Virus record (IMG/VR): IMGVR_UViG_3300045125_000077
DNA length: 64,000 nucleotides
Strand: one strand, 5' to 3'
DNA from: a virus
Shown here: piece after piece, positions 46,919 to 55,527 of the stretch
How positions within the stretch are numbered: position 1 is the first letter of the stretch
Layout of the letters: every line of letters starts with the position of its first letter
Made by a program: the position numbers and the translations under genes
The notes under the pieces: generated by a model
Seen by the model: the letters and a program-made list of their open reading frames with translations, nothing else
Told to the model about the DNA's origin: nothing
The model's database searches: none

Positions 46919-46958
46919 AATGCAATAATAGACTATTTGATATGTTTGTCAAGCTCTA

Positions 46959-47414
46959 TTATAGCAGCTTAATTTTAGTTGGTTTGGCTTCTTCTATTTT
47001 TACACGAGGCAATGTAACTTTCAATGTTCCATTTGTAAAGTCAGCTTTTATTTTATTTTTGCATCAATACCTTCACCAACGCTGAACGAGCGAGTGAAGC
47101 TGGAACGCTTTATTTCTTTATGAAATATAACGACCTTTTGACTCATTGACCGATTCAGGTGCTTGTTTCTTTCCACCACGAATAACAAGCGTATCACCTT
47201 CTAGTTCAACCGAAACATCTTCTTTTGCTAATCCAGCAAGGTCCGCTTCTAGTTCATATTTGTCGCTATATTCTACAACATCAACTTTTGGATAGCTGAC
47301 TTTGTTGTATGTTCCAGTGTATGGAGTTACGCCGAAACTTCCGAAAACATCGTCGAATAGACGATCAAATGGGGTGAGAAACTCATCCCGTGTATATCTG
47401 CTTAATGTACTCAT
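46959..47414 (-). CDS. small heat shock protein (Hsp20/alpha-crystallin)
   Basis: YPKVDVVE..YELEADLAGLAKEDVSVELEGDTLVIRG...EIKRSSFTRSFS...ADFTNGTLKVTLP; one frameshift. Confidence 0.93.
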
Positions 47415-47470
47415 ATTTTTTGTATCCTTTGTTTATATCGGCTTCATTATGAACACCGACGCTGTATATA

Positions 47471-47487
47471 TGCAATATGCGTGCCAA
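47471..47487 (-). promoter_or_regulatory. sigma-54 (RpoN) -24/-12 promoter
   Basis: TTGGCACGCATATTGCA matches YTGGCACG-N4-TTGCW exactly; 57 nt upstream of the hsp20 ATG. Confidence 0.8.
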
Positions 47488-47520
47488 CGATACTGTCACA
47501 CCTTTTACCTCTAAAGACAC

Positions 47521-47544
47521 AAAAAGGGCACCACAATAGTGCCC
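47521..47544 (-). terminator. intrinsic terminator after the glycosyltransferase block
   Basis: GGGCAC-TATTGTG-GTGCCC followed by TTTTT. Confidence 0.7.
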
Positions 47545-47559
47545 CGTTTTGTCACACGC

Positions 47560-47578
47560 TTGAGACGACTTGTCTCAA
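47560..47578. promoter_or_regulatory. palindrome TTGAGAC-N5-GTCTCAA, candidate enhancer-binding-protein site
   Basis: Perfect 7-bp arms about 110 nt upstream of the predicted sigma-54 start site. Confidence 0.5.
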
Positions 47579-47589
47579 AATAATATTTT

Positions 47590-48324
47590 AAATTTTCGTT
47601 GGAATCTTCTGTAAGACTCTCTTTCCATTTACCTGGCATAGTTATATGACCTTTTTACACCCCGTGAGATATATCACTTATAAAGTTTTCGTTTTGTCCC
47701 GCCGCCAACGGATATACCATATATCTGTTCTTAAACTGTCTATCTAGATATAAATCTGCTGGCATTGAGGGTCATTTATATCAAAATTAATTACATCATT
47801 TATTATTTTATTAAATATAGTATGATTATATAATACTGCATGAGCCCCGTAAACTTCTTCCACTTTCATTAAATTTGGAGAAATTAAATCATACATTGAA
47901 AATTTATTATGCGGGTCTGCTATTCCTCCCAAATACACACATCCCACTCATCAATATTTTTCAATTGCGCCAATGCAGAAGTTACTAAATCAATAGGATT
48001 ATAAAAATCATTAATATGAAAAAGCACATCATCTTCAAATATCAATGCATTCTTACATCCATTTTGTTTTGCGTGTCCAAGTCCTATTGCGTGAGAAACC
48101 CAACAACAATGCGCATTAAAATCATCATTTAATTTTTGATTTTCCGGTATTTCGTGTTCCGAGCCAATCATCTTTGCCATTTTATTCGGTGTAATTGCAG
48201 GTATTCGATTAACATATTGTAATATTCCAAGTTCTTGAAAATGTCTTTCAAGTACCAATTTTCTATCGACACGCTTATCCAGATTTATATATGCCGCGTA
48301 ATCTACAAAATTAAACAGCTTCAT
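47590..48324 (-). CDS. glycosyltransferase family 25-like protein
   Basis: YINLDKRVDRK...CCWVSH...ALIFEDD; frameshifted, end approximate. Confidence 0.8.
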
Positions 48325-48328
48325 ATCA

Positions 48329-48998
48329 TTAATTTTTTACCATATCGTGTTCCGCATTACACGCTAAATAGTCGGCAACGTGAATAAGACGGGCAAGATT
48401 ATTTTTTAGACCCTTATCGGGGTCATAAGTCTTTAGATAAAACTCGGCAGCTTCATCATACATGCCATCAGAAAGTTTGATAGCCAATGTTTCTTTCCCA
48501 AGATAGCACAATACCAAATCTTTGTAGATTATACAAAGCACGATCTGTAACTTTCCAAAACTGGTTCTTTGTGTTGTTTTTGAACAGCAATCCTTGCTTA
48601 TTCATAGACCATTCGTCTGTGTTTGCTATATAATATGGTCCAGTTTCATCTCCAAGTTTTCCCAAATCGTGATGTAATGCTGCCATAACGCGCTCTTCTT
48701 CTGTATAATCAATCTCTCCGCCAAGTGTTTCATACAACTTTTGTACTCCTCGGCTCGCACGTTCTACGTCAAGAACGTGATGCAGGTATCCACCCATATA
48801 AGCGTTATGATAATGCTTTTTTCCAGATGCTGGGGCAGTTGCCAACTGAAGCCCAAGATTGTTTTCTGCATACATTACAAGCAACTTCTCAAGTCTTTCT
48901 CCGCTAAACTTTTCCTTCAAAAACTCAAGAAAATATTCATAATTTTCTTGAAGTTGTTTTTCTGACAATTCTGTTCCAATATGTAGTGTATTATTCAT
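48329..48998 (-). CDS. HD-domain hydrolase (YhaM-like)
   Basis: ASGKKHYHNAYMGGYLHHVLDV...ALHHDLGK...LIHVADYLA. Confidence 0.85.
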
Positions 48999-49012
48999 AA
49001 ATGATATGATTT

Positions 49013-49040
49013 ACCATATCAATTACTACACAATCGTCAA
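49013..49040 (-). promoter_or_regulatory. sigma70-like promoter TTGACG-N16-TATGGT (TGn extended -10)
   Basis: Upstream of the HD gene. Confidence 0.5.
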
Positions 49041-49050
49041 TTTATAATAA

Positions 49051-50750
49051 TTAAACTTCTTTACGAATTTCTTTTGAATAATGAAATACTCTATTATGAT
49101 TAACCAGCGAAGCCATAAGCACTGCACTACGCAATCTTCCTTTTTTCATCATTTGATATGCGTGCGACATGATTGTTTGTTCAAACGCATGAAGCATATA
49201 CTGTTTCGAGAAATATCTTATAGTTTCCCGCTTTTGTCATAACACTTGGCCAATTACTATAATATACATCCCCAATCAAATAACTTACACCATCTATACA
49301 TCCAGAATTTTTCCATTTCATTCTATGAGTGCCATCGGGGAAGTATTTGTTTTTTACGTTCTGTGGTACATTATGCCAAGCCCATTGCTTGTGATGGTCG
49401 CCAAAAAATTCGCTGAATGAAATCTTAACAAAGTCTAATTTTTCTTCTTCTACGATATTGATGCATTTACTTACCCAATTATCTATATGCATATTCAGTC
49501 CGTTCTTGCATAATATGTTTTTATCTTGCATAAGCATATCATCCTCAAACCATATGATATACTTAGCGCCACTGTCGTGAAAATGTTGTGCCGCCCACTG
49601 ACGTGCTCCACACACTCCCATATTACCTTTTCGTATCAATTCAAACCCATATTTTTTAGCAATATCATCAAATGCCGGTCTTGTAGTTTCGTCTGTGCTA
49701 TTATCTATTAGATATTTGTTGGCTATTTCCAATAGCTCTGGATTATATTTTTCCATGCTGTTTTATCAACAAAAGTAATTGCTGCGGCAAATTAAAGCAA
49801 GTGATATACAAATTTACACCTTTACCGGACTTGTTCATTGCTACTTCTTGTTCACTTTGAAAATATTCGACATCGTCTGGTATATTTTGCTTTAATATGC
49901 TTATTTCATTTTTTGGGAATGGGCATTTGCTTAACTCGCTCAAAGAAAGTAGATATCAACCCATCACCATTTATCATTTCTATGTTAGACAATTCCGGAT
50001 ACAAATATGTAATTAGCGTGAATATGCTTTCTTCTGTTCCCATGTATCCATCGGTCAATGTATTGTTAAGAAGGTTGTAGTATATTCCGTTAACTTGAGA
50101 CAGTATCTTCTTATTTCCACCAAAAAATCCACCTCTTGCAACACGATTTACTTTGGCGTTTGCATATTTGTTCATGCCATCAATCTTAAATCCATGTATT
50201 TCGCTATTTGTTTCGTATGGATAACAAATAAACAAAAACTTTTTCAACATCGGTTCTAATTTTTGAATTACATTGTCGTGACTAAAATAACCGGATGTAC
50301 GGTCTGCGTTAGTCCGGCGTCAATCCAACAATAATTTTCCGAATCAAATGGGTTAAAAATAGCAGCGTCATTTAGTAAAAACATTTTACCCATGACCAAA
50401 GGATTATATAAATCAAGTTTTGCTTGAGTTGATTCCGCCAGCCATCCAACTTGATTATACCAATCTGGGTCTTGGCGTATTTTGTTTACTTTATCGTACA
50501 AGGAAAACCAAGTACGAAAATCCTCCGGTTTTTTTATACGAACGTCTGTACCAACCGAGCCTTCTCTGGCTTTCATCACAAAATCTGCGTGACATTCGTC
50601 CACATATACCAACATAGGGGTATTTTTACATGCCCGCAAAAGTTTATCAAAGTGTTGAAGATATTGACTAAACGGGCGCTTGAACCCCGTGTCCATTTCG
50701 CCTCGCTTTAAATCAAATAATCCAGTTACAAGTGTTGTATTGTAGTTCAT
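49051..50750 (-). CDS. HtrL/YibB-family protein joined to a GT-A (GT2-like) domain (frameshifted)
   Basis: TLVTGLFDLKRG...YNPLVMGKMFLLNDAAIFNPFDSENYCWIDAG and RVARGGFFGG...GTEESIF (HtrL); second part LYITCFNLPQQ...IDNS...NMGVCGARQW...WFEDD; the fusion is inferred across indels. Confidence 0.7.
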
Positions 50751-50751
50751 A

Positions 50752-52355
50752 TTATCTTTTCTTCACAAAAACATTTTCCACGACCAGTGCATCCATTTGT
50801 GTATTGTCAAATACAGTAAATGCTTCTTTTACAGTGGATAAAACTGGCTTTCCGTTGACATTAAAGCTGGTATTAAGCAGCACACCTATACCATTTATCT
50901 TTTCAACTTCGCCGATGAGATCATACAGCCACGGATTTACTTCTCTTCTTAGAGTTTGAACTCTGGCCGTACCATCAACGTGCGTTATAGATTTTAATTT
51001 TTCCTTATATTCATTTCTGACATTAAATGCAAAACTCATGTATGGGGATTCTTGCAATACTTCAAAATATTTGTTGGCGTCCTCATATCTTACTACAGGA
51101 GCAAATGGCCTGTACCATTCTCTGTTTTTACTTTAGCATTTAAAACATCTTTCATCTGTGGATAGCTTGGGTCGCATAGTATACTTCTGTTTCCAAGTGC
51201 TCGTGGACCATGTTCCGCATTTCCTTTTGCCACACCAACTATCTTTCCTGCACAGATATATTTCGCAAGTTCTTCAATTTTAGTATCTTGAATTACGTCG
51301 CAACTATACGAATGCTCATAAATATAATATCCAATAGAATCCAAGTCAAGTAATGGCATGCCAGAATATATCAGTTCTATTGGCTTTTCCGGTTTTAATA
51401 CGTGCAAAACTCCACCCGCAGCCAACCCACAATCACTTGGATTTGGTGGAATAAACATATCTCTATTATATCGTTTCTTTATTTCTGTATTAAGAAGCAC
51501 ATTTAGCGCACAGCCGCCCGTCATTCCTATTGCATAATTTGGATACTTCTTGATATGTTCATCGACCACGTCAAAAAATACATCTTCAAAAGCTTTTTGT
51601 GAAGTAGCAGCAATATCATATGCTATTTGTCCATCCAATCTATCGCTTGCACTAAAAGTTATTCCTGTTTTTGCACTTAACTCTGCAATTTTTTCTTGTA
51701 TATTTTTTGTATAAACTTTAGTTCTGTAAAAATCCTTGAATGCGTTCAACCATTCTTGGTCTCGTTGTTCCATATCCACACAACCCCATCAATTTTCCAC
51801 TATATACAAGATTACCATCATCAAAGCCAGATTCTTGTCTAATTGGTTTTAAGTAATGACCAAAAGTCATATACGCTCCCATATCATATTCCGCCGAAAA
51901 CAATAGTTTTGGAGCCTGTTTTCTGCCTTCACAAACATAACCATTAAAAAACCCATCGTTGCCCCCTCCGTCAAACGATATTATTACCATCTTATCGTAT
52001 GGCGATTGGTAGTATGTTCCAATTGTATGCAAATAATGATGAGTCAAATCATGAAGCGGTTCTTTATATGGAATATTTTCCTCATATTTTACATATATGC
52101 TTTCGCCGTTTATTACATTTACTGAGTGAGAATAACTTGTCACGCAAATATCAAACTTGTCTATTCCATATCTACGGTTGATATATTCGCATATTTGTTT
52201 TACATAGTATATTTCCCGTTTGGTATAGATTTATACTGACTTATTCCAGAATTCTTATATCCATTGAAGCGTTCTGCTTCAACTACATATATTTTTTCTC
52301 CAACGTTAAACGCGATGGCACCATTATGAGAACCGTGGATTGAAACTACTTTCAT
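50752..52355 (-). CDS. carbamoyltransferase (NodU/CmcH/TobZ family)
   Basis: HHYLH..., SFDGGG, TGGCALN, DCGLAAGG, EHGPRALGNRSIL, HVDGTARVQTL, LLNTSFNVNGKP. Confidence 0.92.
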
Positions 52356-53027
52356 TTTCTAAATTCGCCAGCAAATTCTGCGTATGTTGAGGTTGTGTAA
52401 TAATGATATGTGGTTCTTCTTTTCAATAAATCGGACATATCTTCTTGTGGCCACCCGTGGTTGATGAGAATTGGATAAGAAGAAATAAAGTTTCTAGTTT
52501 TTTGAAGAGTTGTATAATAATAATGGTCCAACTGGTCATATTTTTCATATGACCATTCAAGAATATCTTGATACATGCTTTCTTTTACAACTAATGCATG
52601 TGCAGATTTGGCAGATTGAATTTTACCTACATTCTCATCAAGTTTGAGTAATGGAGCGTGCAATATAGTACCAAAAAACATGGCATCCCAATTTATTTTT
52701 TTCGGATTGCTCAAGAAATTTGAGCATAGTTTGTTTATATGGAATATGATAATCTCCAATACCTGTAGATGGTGGGTCCATTATATAAAAATCATCTTCG
52801 CATATAAACACAGATTTCCACCCACGAGATATGGCTGTGCGTATAATTTCTTTGTGCGCTTCACCACATCCCGCATATTCACCCTTTACTATTCCAGGCA
52901 TTCTTTCCATACCAGAAATTTCAAACTTGGTAAATTGGTCTTCACACTGTTTTTTGCGATCAGTGCGGTGTTCCATGTTAATATAAAATCCACCATCCGC
53001 GACTTTTTTATTGTAAAATGTAATCAT
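52352..53027 (-). CDS. glycosyltransferase family 25-like protein
   Basis: YINMEHRTDRK...GCGEAH...FICEDD...SAHALVV; one frameshift. Confidence 0.78.
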
Positions 53028-54329
53028 AGATTTCCTACAATTCTATCTCCCCAACCTTTTGCCTTGCTGTGCGGCCATACGACCCAATGATGAGGTTTTT
53101 CGAAGTATTGAATGTTCTCCAAAGCTTGATATATTTATCTCCTTTTGGATCTCTGGCGTCTTTTTAGCAATTTGGATATTTCTTCACTGTTTGCGTCGTA
53201 TCTGTATATTAAAGAGTTGTCTTCTCGCTCAAAAGCAACACACCAAAAATCGTAATCATCCAATTTAAAACTGTTAATTGGTAAATCGATACAATGTTTG
53301 AATATCTGTAAGAAGGAATCTTCCCACTCACGCTCAGTCTTGTATTTATGATATTTGTTTGGTGGATACGCTTTGTCTATAGTTTCTTGTTGAACTGCCC
53401 TTTTTCCAAAGTGTAGTCCCGCATACTTTTCATAATCTTTTAATGTTCTCACTTTTCCAAACCCATATATTCCTCAATCTATAGTTTCATTTTTTTCGCC
53501 ATCCATGGAGAATAATATTCTATTTCTTCTATGACATAGATGATTTCTTTCACCCCAATCTTTTTTGTCGGGAATTTTGTTTGTGCTATTGGAACCGTGG
53601 TCATCCCAATGCTTGGTTCTACCCTTGCGTGTATATTCGTGCCACGCAACTAGACGATGTGGGTGAAATAAATCATACCCCCAAGTAAATGCTCGCACTG
53701 CAATACTGATTTCTTCACCATGAAAGTAATATTCTGGATCGTGTGGTACTTCTTTACAAAATTTTCCAGTAGTAAATGCAAAATGTGCAGAATAAAATCT
53801 TGCAGGAACTGGTGCAGACAATTCTTTCCAATTGTCGATAGATGCGGGCAAAAAGAATACAGCACCCTCTGGAATAAATCGGTCGAAGTCCATTCGCCAA
53901 GGAGTTTGAACTCGTGCTTCTGGATCTTTATCTGGGTCAAATGACGGAATGTATCCTGTAAGTAATGGCTTTTTGTATCCCATCTTCTGAAGTTGTTTGT
54001 ACATTCCGATTATAACCTCATCCCAGTCTTTAACAAACCTATGATGCGAATCTAACTGCAACGTATATTCTTCACCATCATATTTCTGCTGTATTTGATT
54101 ACGTGCCCAACAAGCACCTTTACTTTCCATGTTGCGGAATATCAATAATTTTTACATTGGGTAAATCTTTTATTTCATCTATTTTTTCTTCAGGCGAATG
54201 TTGCCAAGCTATGCAGAATACCAAGTTTTCCGGATGCTTTGCGTTCGCTATACAATCTTTAATCGTAGGAACCAGTTGAGGGTCGCGATAAGCGGCGATT
54301 TGTATGAAAATTTTTCCTTTATTACTCAT
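53024..54329 (-). CDS. GT60-family (Pfam GlcNAc, PF11397-like) polypeptide alpha-GlcNAc transferase
   Basis: IFIQIAAYRDPQ, SKGACWAR, LQLDSHHRF, FYSAHFAF, YFHGEE..AVRAFTWGYDLF, RTLKDYEKYAG match the Gnt1/OGNT family pattern; two frameshifts. Confidence 0.8.
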
Positions 54330-54350
54330 ATAACATTTAATTTACTATAT

Positions 54351-54376
54351 TCTTGTATATATACAAGATATAAATA
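54351..54376 (-). promoter_or_regulatory. TATTTATA box followed by perfect 18-bp palindrome TCTTGTATATATACAAGA
   Basis: Read directly in the short intergenic gap ahead of the GT60 gene. Confidence 0.5.
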
Positions 54377-54381
54377 ATATT

Positions 54382-55164
54382 TTAACAAGGATTTGATGTT
54401 AAATATGCTGTACCAACATCAACTCTGGTTATTCTACTTCCACAAGTAATATTCGTCAGAGTTGCACCTACTGGAAATCCTTCTTCGTAATATTCAATTT
54501 CTTCTCCAATCGAATTTATATAATAAAACGATATTCTTCCATCGGTGCCCCTTCCTCCGGTCACACCATTTATATAATATGTTGGAAGAAGGCCCACTCC
54601 AAAATTTGCGGTAATAGTTACATTCTCACCAACATTAAAACCGGAAACTATAGGATTCAGAGAATATTTACTAATATTAAAAGATATTCCTTCGGGAGCG
54701 TCCCAGCCTGCAAAATGATAACCAGCGTCGGGAATAGCCTGTAAAATCATTTCTCCACTTCCTATCGATATAATTCCTGTGGGTGTGGGGCCATCTATTC
54801 TGGAAGCTTGTCCACCAGGTGTCGATGCAATCGTGTATATTACTTGGGTTTTAAATGGAGTGTTGGTGGGGGTAGGTGTAATTAACGGTCTACTTGTAGT
54901 AACTGTTGGAGTTACGGTCGGTGAATTGGTCAAAGATGGAGTGGGTGTAATAAAAATTTGTCTAGTAACAATTGGAGTTTTTGATGGGGTAATCGACACT
55001 GTTTGAGTTGGTGTCGGAGTAGGAGGAATTTCTATCCATCCGATATTTTTACTGTCGCCATCGACCTTGACGTACAGTTTTCCTTCATCGGTAGATACAT
55101 CATTTCCCAAAAGTCCAAACACAGAAGAATTTGGATTGCCGTGTACAACAATTTTTTCTTGCAT
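54382..55164 (-). CDS. Pro/Thr-rich (mucin-like) protein with N-terminal GNPN...LYVK...GW module and InlB-B-repeat-like domain
   Basis: Intact 260-aa ORF; PPTPTPTQT...[10 protein letters not shown]...TPTPTNTP; LQAIPDAGYHFAGW. Confidence 0.8.
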   Translation of the reverse strand: MQEKIVVHGNPNSSVFGLLGNDVSTDEGKLYVKVDGDSKNIGWIEIPPTPTPTQTVSITPSKTPIVTRQIFITPTPSLTNSPTVTPTVTTSRPLITPTPTNTPFKTQVIYTIASTPGGQASRIDGPTPTGIISIGSGEMILQAIPDAGYHFAGWDAPEGISFNISKYSLNPIVSGFNVGENVTITANFGVGLLPTYYINGVTGGRGTDGRISFYYINSIGEEIEYYEEGFPVGATLTNITCGSRITRVDVGTAYLTSNPC

Positions 55165-55167
55165 AAA

Positions 55168-55525
55168 TTATATAGAAAACTCCGGTTCACTGGAACTTGG
55201 AGTAACCGTAGGAGTTCTAGTAGGAGTCGGTGTATTGGTAGGAGTATATGATATAGTAGGAGTTACGGTCCGAGTAATCGACGGAGTGGGCGTTGTTGTT
55301 GGAGTGGTTGTTGGAGATAAATAAACTGTAGTGGATGGAGTTTGTGTGGGCGTAGATGTAGGTGTGGGTGTTCTATTATCTCTTCCAACAAAAGTCCATC
55401 CTATGTTTTTGCTATCTTCTTTGTATTTTATATACAAGTTGCCGTCATCAGAACCTAATACAGAGCCTATAATTCCAAATACGGATTTATCTGGGTCTCC
55501 CTCGTGGTGGAATGCTTCTTCTCAT
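55168..55525 (-). CDS. Pro/Thr-rich (mucin-like) protein, paralogous to the downstream gene
   Basis: EGDPDKSVFG...LYIKYKEDSKNIGW followed by ~65 aa of TPTPTSTPTQTP...; one frameshift near the start. Confidence 0.75.
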
Positions 55526-55527
55526 TT

